A DNA stretch of 63,380 nucleotides, counting the filler, from Neoconidiobolus thromboides FSU 785 (Eukaryota > Fungi > Entomophthoromycota), in NCBI GenBank assembly GCA_025603075.1. It is 11 parts of 11 records of this genome, joined end to end, with 100 filler letters (N's around TTAATTAATTAA, not from the genome) between each part and the next. Parts side by side here need not be neighbours in the genome. Positions count along the whole stretch, not along the records: positions 46,664 to 54,519 come from MU626695.1; positions 54,620 to 57,074 come from MU626852.1; positions 57,175 to 58,353 come from MU627023.1; positions 58,454 to 60,553 come from MU626883.1; positions 60,654 to 61,663 come from MU627053.1; positions 61,764 to 63,380 come from MU626939.1; 5 more parts are not named here. One strand, given 5' to 3'. The translations under genes were made by a program, and so were the position numbers. Positions 52,649-62,926 of the stretch are shown piece by piece; the first letter of the stretch is position 1; every line of letters begins with the position of its first letter. The notes under the pieces were generated by a model that worked only from the letters and a program-made list of their open reading frames with translations, was not told where the DNA came from and did no database searches.

Positions 52649-52869
52649 TGGTTTTTTGAAATAAAAAAAGATTTTGAATTTGAGTTTTTGTTTCTTTAAT
52701 TCCAAATTTAATTTTAATTTTTTAAAATTTTTAAACTGCGTAATCAATTGATAACTTTGGGTTTAGGCGGAAATTTAAGTTGTTTTCAAACTATTTAAGC
52801 ATAGAAGTTAATCTTAAGAATTCTTTTTTATAAATTCAAAGTTTCAACTTTGTCAATTTAATATCAAAA

Positions 52870-53553
52870 TTAAAATACAATAACGAAGCTCAACAACTAC
52901 CAATGCTATACTAAATACTCAGTTCCAGAATTCAATGCTTTAGAAAACCTTGGAAAAAAACATTCTGAGATCCAAAACATTCAAACCTAGATCTTTTAGT
53001 TAATGGATAGCAGAAAAGTTAATTAGCTTAATGCTAGCAAACCTTAAAGAAACAATAGTGACGTGCTTCCTATAAGTAGTAACAACTTAACTGGCCATAG
53101 CCCTATTATTTTTGCTCTTGAAACTAGCAATGATTTGGCTAAGGAAAAGATTGTGATGAAAAATCAAAAAAGATAGTGTCTTTTAATCAATTAGATGATA
53201 ACTACCAATATGACAAGAGTTCCATGTTCATTTTAGATGAACTCCCTCCTGCTACATTAACCTATTCTACTTTTATTTATGAAAAAGAGCCAAATTTTAC
53301 CCAAGAACTATATAAGCAATTTAAGCTTGAATTGGAACAAATGAAAGTAAGAGTCAAACAAACCAAAAAAGATTTTAGAAAAGAATTGATCTTAATAAAA
53401 AAGTTACCCTCCAATGAAGTCAAACGCTATTTTATCCAACATAGCCCTAAGGCTATTGATGTTGGTAAAGCAATTGATTTTATTAGGGAATACGAAGATA
53501 AGAGAGAAACTGTCAATAGTATGGAGCTATTTTTATCTCAAGGAACCTATTAA
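52870..53553 (+). pseudogene. Decayed ORF, probable retrotransposon gag remnant
   Basis: ELYKQFKLELEQMKVRVKQTKKDF; IKKLPSNEVKRYFIQHSPKAIDVGKAIDFIREYE resembles a gag capsid C-terminus; upstream in-frame stops. Confidence 0.55.
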
Positions 53554-54075
53554 GGCTTTGTTGTTAAGTAAAGTAAATTTACAATATCAATTAAACATTT
53601 CACTAATAAAATACAGCGTTTTAGGTTTGTTAAGAGGTATGTTCTAAGTTTATCATATGGAACGTTTTCATGTACTCAATAAACTGTTATTTTACCATTT
53701 TATATGATAATTTTGTATATTTTAATTTTAATTTTTTTTAGATGATTTTGTTCGTTATCAACAATAACTCATAATAAAGAAAAGTTATATTTATATTATT
53801 ATAAACCTAACTGGTACTACTAAATATTATAGTCATGTCTTTTTAAGTGAATACCACATTAATCTCAAATGTCACTTTTAACCTTTTAGCACCAAGTAAA
53901 TTTCATAATATTCAATTTGATTAAAATTGTTTGTTTAATTAGGACCATCAAAGTATGTAGTTGAATTTCGAAGGTTTAATTATAGTCTTTTGAAAAAACT
54001 GTTTTAATTGAAAAATGTCAATTAAAATAAAAAAATGGCTATGATACCATTATGTATTTAAAGTAAAAATTTAAG

Positions 54076-54504
54076 ATGAAATTAAATATAGTATTAGTCT
54101 TAACATTAAGGTTGGTTTTGGGTTGCTTTAAGGTTAGATATATATATTTTATAAATATTTTTACACATTTGAAAAGATTAAAGCATTTCAAGCGTGTTCA
54201 TTACTTTTCATTGAAACAATTTACATATCTATCCACTAGATTTAATATTAATCATATTGAAATTGGACTAGCTGATTCACCTTTTAATTTGGATTTTTTA
54301 AACTTTCTAAATATGCAACTTAATCTCACTCAGTTGATTATTCGTACTAATATGAGTAACATATACAATAATGAGATGATTGGTAATACCTTTAATTTGG
54401 AGTTAACAGATTTCAAACTAAATAATTTACTAAAACTTGAGTGCCCAAGGATGCCTAATTTCTCAGCCTTTATCTCTCTATATGCTCCAAATTTATTAAG
54501 TTAA
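54076..54504 (+). CDS. Leucine-rich-repeat-like hypothetical fragment next to a gap
   Basis: LxxLxI/LxxLxL periodicity (LNLTQLIIRT, LNNLLKLECP); boundaries unclear, may be a pseudogene. Confidence 0.3.
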   Translation: MKLNIVLVLTLRLVLGCFKVRYIYFINIFTHLKRLKHFKRVHYFSLKQFTYLSTRFNINHIEIGLADSPFNLDFLNFLNMQLNLTQLIIRTNMSNIYNNEMIGNTFNLELTDFKLNNLLKLECPRMPNFSAFISLYAPNLLS

Positions 54505-55142
54505 AACTGTTTATTAGTGNNNNNNNNNNNNNNNNNNNNNNNNNNNNNNNNNNNNNNNNNNNNTTAATTAATTAANNNNNNNNNNNNNNNNNNNNNNNNN
54601 NNNNNNNNNNNNNNNNNNNTCAGTCAATAACAATAAAACAGGTTTTTATTTTAATTGATGATCCATTCATTTAGCCTTTATATATTTTATACGATAAATT
54701 GACTCAAAGGTATATCATAGTGATAAGGATAAGAGAATTAAATTTTCATATCAGATGCTTGACATAATGAGATAAAAAATATATCGCTAAAATTAAGTAA
54801 ATTTTAGTTGTTATTTCATTAATATTGAAAGCTCTGTATTAAAGTTTCTATAACGAATACCTTCCTATTTAGTTATTAGTATAATAAGTGTGACTAACTT
54901 TAAATCTATAGTTAGCGAATTGTTTCTAATATTATAAAAAAGAAACTACCTGAAAACTTAACCATTAATCAATTTTATTTTTCTATATAAAATACTAATA
55001 AATACTTTATTTTTTAATCAGTTTAAAAAGTAATTCTAAGTCAATAATACAAATAGAATAAAGTGTCAGGTAACTTTGTTATTATCAAAACATAAACTTA
55101 TTTGCTCTTTATTCGTATTTATCACTTTTGATTTTACCGTGA

Positions 55143-56402
55143 TCATAAATCCTCTTTAGTTTCCTTAGAGCCATTAGAGCCATTCATCTTAGAAAGTAAG
55201 CCTAGATAAGCAGCTTCTATAGAATGAGCTGTTCTTAATATTTCAACTTTGTCCAAAGTAAGCTCAGCTAATTCATCAAGCTTCCCATCGTGATCATTAT
55301 CTTCAACTTTCAAAAGATTACAAGCTAATTCAAGCCCTTTCAAGATTTCATTGAGTGCTTCGCCCTCAAAAGCAGCAACGCCTGGTCTATTTTTTAAGCT
55401 GGTATCAATGCTCTCCGGGTGGAATGATTTGTTAATAAATTCTAAGCCCTCCCTAGCTCCTCTAAGCTTAGGTCCATTTAAAGTCAATTTGGTTAATTTC
55501 CTGCTAGAGTCATCTTGACCAGTTGCTGGCTTTAACAACTCAAAAAAGAGTCTAAAGTCATGAATGGCTTTTTCTATATCTTGTGGCACAAGGTATACAA
55601 TATCCGCCTTTGCTGTGTTTGATTTGAGCTTACAAGACTTTTTCTTTTCCATTTGTTTATTAGGCTCCTCGAATTTTTCGTCTTCTTTGGACTTAGGTAA
55701 TAAATATGGACTAGCAGCTTCTAAAGAACGACTTAGTTCTAATATTTCATCTCTAGTTAAAGTAAGTTCGGCTAACTCATCAAGCTTCCCATCATGATTA
55801 TTATCGACTTTCAAAAGACTACAGGCTAACTCAACCCCTTTTAAGATTTCCTTAAGCTCTTTACCTTCAAAAGCAGAAACATTTTTTCTAGTCTTTATAC
55901 CAACATTGGTGATGTCTGGATGAAATACATTATTTATGAAATTAAAGTTATTTCTTAAGCTATAAAGATCAGACCCTTTTAAAACTATACCACTTAATTT
56001 CTTGTTAGAGGGATCTTGACTAACCACCGGCTTCGTTAATTCAAAAAATGTTTTAAAACCATGAATAACCACTTCAAGCTCGTTTTGAAGTATATATATA
56101 ACATTCATTTCTGTACTAGGGGAATCACCATCATTTGGAACTTGAGTGATGTCGAATATACCCGGCCAGCCGTAACATTGAGTTCCAATAGTATACTCAT
56201 AGCAGTCATACTTACCATTGTTTTCAACCCAGCATGGTGGTACTTTGGTATCAGTTCTGTTTACCCATTCATTATTATCAACTCTGAAACATTTACTAAT
56301 ATCTGATTTTGATGCTCCTTTATTATTTAAAGGTTGAGCCGAGGCAGACTGAAGTAAAGCTAAACCAATGGTTAAAGAGGTATGAGCAAAAATTGATTTC
56401 AT
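55143..56402 (-). CDS. Secreted protein: signal peptide, 4-Cys module, two ~137-aa tandem domains each with a Dx[DN]xDG loop
   Basis: 419-aa intronless ORF; repeats aa ~100-235 and ~267-403 share FFEL.KP, FHP, AFEG..L.EILKG.ELAC.LLKV, HDGKLDELAELTL. Confidence 0.85.
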   Translation of the reverse strand: MKSIFAHTSLTIGLALLQSASAQPLNNKGASKSDISKCFRVDNNEWVNRTDTKVPPCWVENNGKYDCYEYTIGTQCYGWPGIFDITQVPNDGDSPSTEMNVIYILQNELEVVIHGFKTFFELTKPVVSQDPSNKKLSGIVLKGSDLYSLRNNFNFINNVFHPDITNVGIKTRKNVSAFEGKELKEILKGVELACSLLKVDNNHDGKLDELAELTLTRDEILELSRSLEAASPYLLPKSKEDEKFEEPNKQMEKKKSCKLKSNTAKADIVYLVPQDIEKAIHDFRLFFELLKPATGQDDSSRKLTKLTLNGPKLRGAREGLEFINKSFHPESIDTSLKNRPGVAAFEGEALNEILKGLELACNLLKVEDNDHDGKLDELAELTLDKVEILRTAHSIEAAYLGLLSKMNGSNGSKETKEDL

Positions 56403-56840
56403 CTTAATTGCTTAATTGAACTATCAAAGTTATGATTTTTATTTATTTATGTTTTCTACTACATTTTACTTTGTATTTATATTCTTCAATTGCTCATTGC
56501 TCTAGTTCTTGTAGATATTTTACATATATATTAGCTCGTAATAATATTGCAATGTGATTGAATGTTCTACTAAAAAGTTACAAATAATAATTTTATTCTT
56601 AAAACGCCTTTTATGCCTATTGCTTTTTTGCGCTTTAAAAAACTTGTATACTTATAAGCTTTAATATCATATATATATAGTAGTTAAATCAAACAGAAAT
56701 ATATTAAAATTATTGAATTTAGTAATTTCATTACTGTAGCAATAAAAAAAGCTATACATTTTATGTTTTATGATTTATTTAGTTACTTACTTTTCAATAG
56801 TACAATAATATATTATTGTTTTTTACTGTTAAAATGACAA

Positions 56841-57074
56841 ATGGGGATGTTTGAATTAGTTTCATTATTTTATCCAATTTTTTATCAAAATAAAAGTGTC
56901 CAAACACAGTTCCAAACCATTCTATTATAGTTTATACCGTAAATTGGCTGAATTTTTAATAGATCTTAAACACATATTCTTATAAAACTTTATTGAGAAA
57001 TATTTAGTATTGACTGTTTTATAGCCAACATTGTAGATTTGTTACCGAATAAATAAACTACTTTAATGTTATAA
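56841..57074. repeat. Second dispersed repeat, copy 2 (internal ~55-bp deletion; cut by gap)
   Basis: Colinear with 6571-6858. Confidence 0.8.
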
Positions 57075-57174
57075 NNNNNNNNNNNNNNNNNNNNNNNNNN
57101 NNNNNNNNNNNNNNNNNNTTAATTAATTAANNNNNNNNNNNNNNNNNNNNNNNNNNNNNNNNNNNNNNNNNNNN

Positions 57175-57267
57175 AAAGAATACAATTTTACGTCAATCTT
57201 TGGTACAGTTGGTCAATTTGACTTACAACATGGAGGTTGCGGTGCTGGTGCTGGTGATTGCTTTTAA
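57175..57267 (+). CDS. 3' end of an unknown gene cut by gap
   Basis: Open frame from the gap KEYNFTSIFGTVGQFDLQHGGCGAGAGDCF-stop; GC above flanks. Confidence 0.45.
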   Translation, partial: KEYNFTSIFGTVGQFDLQHGGCGAGAGDCF

Positions 57268-57694
57268 TTGTGTTAATGTTCTATATTTTATGATTTTAGT
57301 TATTTAGTATTTTAAACTAATTATGTGGTAAAGGATAAATGTATTGTATACTCTATTTTTTGTCGTTATTTAGCTATAATCAATAATTGTAGAATTTCGT
57401 GTCTTATCTGTAATTAGGTGGTCAGGTATAAACTTTAAGCACTTAATAGTTGAAGGCCCTTATTTAATTCTATCAGCCAATGTTTGCTATCTATTAGTAT
57501 CGCCTATTTCTTTTTCTGTTTAATAAAATACATAATATAGCTTTTAGTCAATTGATGCTATTTATTGAATATGTGATTTTTTTTAAGTCAATTATCCAAT
57601 AAAATAAAACAAAAGTTTAAATATTTAAATATACTAAAATACAATGCTTAATATACTAAAAAAAAATTATTGAATGTATCATATTAAGTGATAT

Positions 57695-57801
57695 ATATGG
57701 GTATGTATTTTTAGGTTCAAGAGTTTTACTAATAAAATTTCCGCTCAAATAATGCTTAAAGGATGGAAAAAGTAATGAAGCCAGAAAAAACATTCACATA
57801 T
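57695..57801 (+). mobile_element. MITE-like element, copy P
   Basis: ATATGGGTATGT...AACATTCACATAT. Confidence 0.85.
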
Positions 57802-58011
57802 CTATATTTTAGAATTCTAAGTGACAATACTTTTTCATTTTTCATTTTTTTTTGATATTTTGATAATGTTTGTTCGAATTTGTTATTTTAAATAAAGTCC
57901 TTTCAAGCATAATGGGATTTTGGTATTTATGTAATTTGTTTTCTATATTCATTAAATTATTATAGCTTACATTAATTCATAAAAACTCTAAAAGCCGAAT
58001 GTAAATTTTAT

Positions 58012-58110
58012 ACTGGGAATGTATTTTTTTATTTAAGAATTGTACTATCTTTTTGCTCAAATAGCACTTAAAAAATGGAAAAATAATGAAACTAAAAAAA
58101 ACCCTCACTA
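58012..58110 (+). mobile_element. MITE-like element, copy Q
   Basis: Core GCTCAAATAGCACTTAAAAAATGGAAAAATAATGAAAC. Confidence 0.8.
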
Positions 58111-58251
58111 GTTAAATATAATAAAGTTAAATTTATTGAAAATGCTATGAAAATTCTACTAATATAAAGTAACAAACATTTTGTAGCCTATACAATAGTT
58201 ATTTACTAGAAGGATTTATAATATTAATCCACCCTTTCTATTATTTCTATT

Positions 58252-58353
58252 ATATGGTGATGTATTTTTGTGTTTAAGAATTTTACTAACAAATTTTCCG
58301 CTCAAATAGCGCTTAAAAAATGGAAAAGGTAATGAAATCAAAAAGAACATCCC
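58252..58353 (+). mobile_element. MITE-like element, copy R (near consensus; cut by gap)
   Basis: TTTTCCGCTCAAATAGCGCTTAAAAAATGGAAAA, both CpGs intact. Confidence 0.9.
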
Positions 58354-59744
58354 NNNNNNNNNNNNNNNNNNNNNNNNNNNNNNNNNNNNNNNNNNNNTTA
58401 ATTAATTAANNNNNNNNNNNNNNNNNNNNNNNNNNNNNNNNNNNNNNNNNNNNAATAATGGATCAAGTAATTTAAAGTACTTCTATTCATTAATTAAGAA
58501 TTATCATTTAAATTCATTTCAATTTATACTTTATTTATAATTTGGTAAAAGTTATAATGGAACTGGACCTAAGAAGTAAAAAAGTAAAAAATAATAGTAT
58601 TGATGCGTCATTTTTATGCTCTGTTCTTTATTTAAATTTATTCTGATGTTGCTATCTTTAGGATATTGTTTTAACTGTTGCCTTTATTAATACTAAATAA
58701 TTAAACTATTGTAAGTTTATTGATTTAATAAGTTCTTTAAACTATAATGAATCGACGCTATTAAATTAAATTTTCTTGACTTTTAACAAATTATATACTC
58801 ATTACATAACTCTAGTTCAAGTGCTTTTAATTTGGCATAAAGTTGCTACAACAAAATTCTTTTATGCTTTATCTTACTTTTAGATAAGTCCTATGGTATA
58901 TTATATATCTTTATATTTTATACATTATCATATAGTATCATACGATACTTCTAATAAATCATTTTTACTTTTTTTACTAGAATTCTTGTATAACTAGGCC
59001 TAAGCGTTTACTGTATTTGTCCTTTAGTATTCTAAATGTTTAGAACAGTGGTTTAATTTCTAAACCCTTGGCAAATTGATTACTAATTAATATATTTCGG
59101 ATGCTATTTTTTTACAAATTTTATTATGTAATTTAATACTTTATAGATAGTAAAATTAATGGGTACACCTCGATCAATAATCTGAGAATGTTACGGAAAA
59201 CGCTTTTGACTTTTTAATAACAGGCAATATTAACTGAATTAATTTTTTCAAGTTGTAGAAATTCACTCGTACCTAAACTACTCATTAAACTACATTTTAT
59301 TTCTGTGAATCAATATTGATAAAAGTACAAATAGTTGAAATTTCATTTGCATTTTTTTGTAGAATTTAATAAGTCAAAATTAACTATAGAGTGCCAATTT
59401 TAGATATCTATATTTTATAGTATTTATTTGATATAGTGACAATATATCTTAAGAATAGTTTAAAGTCTAGTTAATTCTTAATACAAATCAGTTGTTTTAT
59501 TTAATGTTATTTGAGCTATATATGAAAGCAAGATAAAACTAAATAATTAATTTATTTTGAAGCATACTAAATTATATAGGATAAAGGATATCTAAAATTA
59601 TAAGAAAAATTACTTAGTCTGTTATAAAGGTAATATTTATATAAAGATTTAATATAAAGCAATAAAAGTGAGTGGTGAAAAAGTTATAAATTATCCAAAG
59701 GAACTTAAATTGACATAATCCTTTAACTATAACTTAATATTATT

Positions 59745-59848
59745 ATATCAGAGTGTTTTTTTTGACTTCATTATTTTTTCCATTTTTAAGCGCTATTTAA
59801 GCGGGAAAATTATTAATAAAATTCTCAAACACAAATACATCCCCATAT
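59745..59848 (-). mobile_element. MITE-like element, copy S
   Basis: Reverse copy ending ATACATCCCCATAT. Confidence 0.85.
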
Positions 59849-60660
59849 CTATTTCAGTATTGACGACATAGAATTTTTAAAAAACAAGTGGAGATATTTT
59901 AAGTGATTTCCACTAATAATATGATAATGCTAAAAGTATTAATAATTGATGTTTAACATGCAATATTGATTTTTACATTGAGTTTTTTAAAAATGTGTGT
60001 TAGGACAAGGTTTATTAAAACTAAAGTATTAGCAGGCAAAAATCAAAGCAAAGCCTAAAACTACTAATAGTTTCATAAATTAAATATTGCTATGTACTTA
60101 GTGAAATTGTATTTACATGACAACATACAATTTATGAAACTATCAAGCAATTTAAAAAAATGACTAGTATGGATGGATCCACCTAACAATCGACTTCAAA
60201 ATCACAGCTTTCCTTTATAACTGAAGAATTAGTTTATCTTATTTCTTATCCTAATTGTTTGAACTTGTTAATGTTGTATATCTAATATCCGAAAAACAAA
60301 ACTAGAATTTAGTTTGAACATTCTATTACTCCCTTATGTTACTTATAGTGCCTTGCAGTGATTAGGATAAAATTCCTGATAAACTACTGGAATGCATCCA
60401 ATTGTTGTTTTAGATAAAATTATGCTAAGTTGCCCCTTAATGATAAATAGCTTTTAAGCAAGATGAGCTTTGATATTTTAATACTATATTTATGTTCTAT
60501 TTTTTTACATATATATGATATTAGTCTACTTAAAAATCATACGTTATAGTAATNNNNNNNNNNNNNNNNNNNNNNNNNNNNNNNNNNNNNNNNNNNNTTA
60601 ATTAATTAANNNNNNNNNNNNNNNNNNNNNNNNNNNNNNNNNNNNNNNNNNNNCATCATT

Positions 60661-60763
60661 ATTTGAGGATATTTTTTTGGTTTCATTACTTTTCGATTTT
60701 TTAAGCGTTATTTGAGTGGAAAGATTGTTAGCAAAATTCTTGAACAAAAAATACATCCTCATT
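60661..60763 (-). mobile_element. MITE-like element, copy T
   Basis: Reverse copy ending ATACATCCTCAT. Confidence 0.85.
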
Positions 60764-61439
60764 TAATAATTGCTTTCCATCATTTAGTAAACTATTTAAT
60801 AAGTATCGAAACTTTTAAAGTTTCTGCTATTTTTGTAAGATAAACTGGAGTTGATCTTTTAATTTTTCTATTTTTTAAAGACTTCATAACTTTAATTAGA
60901 ATCATATCACTTTTTTTTAATCTATCAAATACTAGATAGCAATGTAGTTTATTGTTATATTTAGTAAAATATAAACACTTTTAATAGCTTATGTTTTTTG
61001 TATTTTTTTCATATTTTTATTTCTTATACTTTTTAAAGATTATATTTATTTTCGTATTATTGACAGTTAAGTTATTAGTTTTGTTATATTTACAAATAAA
61101 AACTTCAAATTTAAAATAATTAACATCTTTTATTTTACTTAATACTTTAAAACTATTTTTCCATTGTGAAAAATTTTCAAAAATTTACTAATTATACTTT
61201 TTTACAATACTCAGCAAAAAAATCAAAATCAAAATCAAAATCAAAATTTGAACTACAGTTTACTTTATAAACTTTTTTAAATATAGAATATAAAAACTTT
61301 TGAAATTTAAGATAGTTTACTGTGTCTGTCTGTATATTAATTTTTGCTTTAATTTTTAAATAATTTTCTAGCTGTATACTGGACACATTATATAAATCCA
61401 TTTTTGATATATTTGAAAAATGTTAATTCAGTTACTGTT

Positions 61440-61663
61440 TGTGAAATCTGGTACTCAGTATTTGGAATCAAGAAAAACTATTGCTGGGTTGACTACACTA
61501 TAAGTCGAAAGGTCTTAGTTTATGTGACCAAGATAGACTTGGATTATGAAGAATGGCACGTAATAGGTTACAAGCTATATAAGACAAATATAATAAACAA
61601 TGCTGATGTAAATCTACGTAAAATATTATTAAGAAAACTTAGTGGCTTTATTAAATGTTCGAG
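61440..61663 (+). repeat. Third repeat family (possible LTR), diverged copy cut by gap
   Basis: Starts TGTGAAATCTGGTAC; colinear with 62927-63150 (TATAAGTCGAAAGGTCTTAGTTT, AAACTTAGTGGCTTTATTAAATG). Confidence 0.75.
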
Positions 61664-61763
61664 NNNNNNNNNNNNNNNNNNNNNNNNNNNNNNNNNNNNN
61701 NNNNNNNTTAATTAATTAANNNNNNNNNNNNNNNNNNNNNNNNNNNNNNNNNNNNNNNNNNNN

Positions 61764-62066
61764 CTTTGTGAGCTCTGTGATTGACTATAATATAACAATC
61801 ATCTAAGTTGTTGTGTTCTCGAGCTTACAGACAATCAGCCCCGAGCCTTTTATTTTGGTTTGTTATGAGAATTTCTGCCATGTAATTCCGAAAGATATTA
61901 TCTCCCCATTTTGATATCCATACTTATTGAAGTATAAAAGAGATTTTAGAACATAGTAACTCGAGGCTTTTTAACTGAATTATTCTCTGATATCTCGAGC
62001 ATTTAATAAAGCCACTAAGTTTACTTAACCTTATTTTATGTAGATTTTGCAGTAGTAGTATCTATT
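61764..62066 (-). repeat. Third repeat family, exact inverted copy of 63078-63380
   Basis: 303 bp; no mismatch found on manual comparison. Confidence 0.9.
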
Positions 62067-62292
62067 CTATTAATTTATTAATAATACAAATTATTTTTCT
62101 ATTCATTTTATGCAATTTACTTGATTATTATGTATCACTTTTTACTTATAAATTAATTTTAATTATTAAAGCTAAAATTTTTCAACTTATAAATAGTTAA
62201 CTAAAAAACTTTACACTACTTTTTGTTTTCACTAAAACATAAAAACGATATTATTATTAGGGATTTAAACTATAAAAATAACATAAATGCAT

Positions 62293-62374
62293 CGACACCT
62301 GCAGGATTTGAACCTGCGCGGGGAAACCCCATGAGCTTTCTAGGCTCACGCCTTAACCGCTCGGCCAAAGTGTC
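62293..62374 (-). tRNA. tRNA-Ser(AGA), intronless
   Basis: GACACTT/AGGTGTC acceptor stem, G discriminator, D-arm GCCGAGCGGTTAAGGC, anticodon arm TGAGC-CTAGAAA-GCTCA, long variable arm, T-arm GCAGG-TTCAAAT-CCTGC. Confidence 0.97.
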
Positions 62375-62412
62375 ACAATATAATTATTTTATGAGATTAT
62401 TTTATTTTAAAC

Positions 62413-62513
62413 AAACGGGAGATATTTTTCTAAGAATTTTACTAATAATCTTTCCACTTAAATAGTGCTTAAAAAATGGAAAAGCAATGAAATCAAGAAA
62501 AACAGCCCCAAAT
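62413..62513 (+). mobile_element. MITE-like element, copy U (about 40 bp upstream of the tRNA)
   Basis: Core match TTTCCACTTAAATAGTGCTTAAAAAATGGAAAAG. Confidence 0.8.
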
Positions 62514-62661
62514 ACTTAAATTCTGTTAAACTCGTATTAAATAATAAATATAATTATAATAGCAAATAAGAAACTTGATGTAAAAGCTCATAAGATTATT
62601 ATCTATAATTATATAACTATCAATAATATACTTTTAATAAAAGTTTAGTATAAAAATAACG

Positions 62662-62764
62662 TTAGGGATGTTTTTTTTGGCTTCATTATTTTTTTCATTT
62701 TTTGAGCGCTACTTGAGTGGAAAGATTGTTAGTAGAATTCCTATACAAAAAAATATACCCTCAT
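62662..62764 (-). mobile_element. MITE-like element, copy V
   Basis: Reverse copy, GAGCGCTACTTGAGTGGAAAG. Confidence 0.8.
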
Positions 62765-62926
62765 TAATAAATTAAAGTCTATGAATATAATGTTATATTT
62801 AATTTTTTAACTAAAATCCTTTCAAAATAATTTGAAAAATTAAACTTTTAACTAATGAAAGTTATAAAACTTTATAGCAAAATTTTTAACTTTTAAAAAT
62901 AATGAAAAATAGTAAAATAAATCTGA

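Noticed and set aside
61218-61247. (AAATC)n run; also (AACTATAAT)3 in a CDK intron near 32840
   Set aside because: Ordinary short simple repeats in AT-rich DNA.
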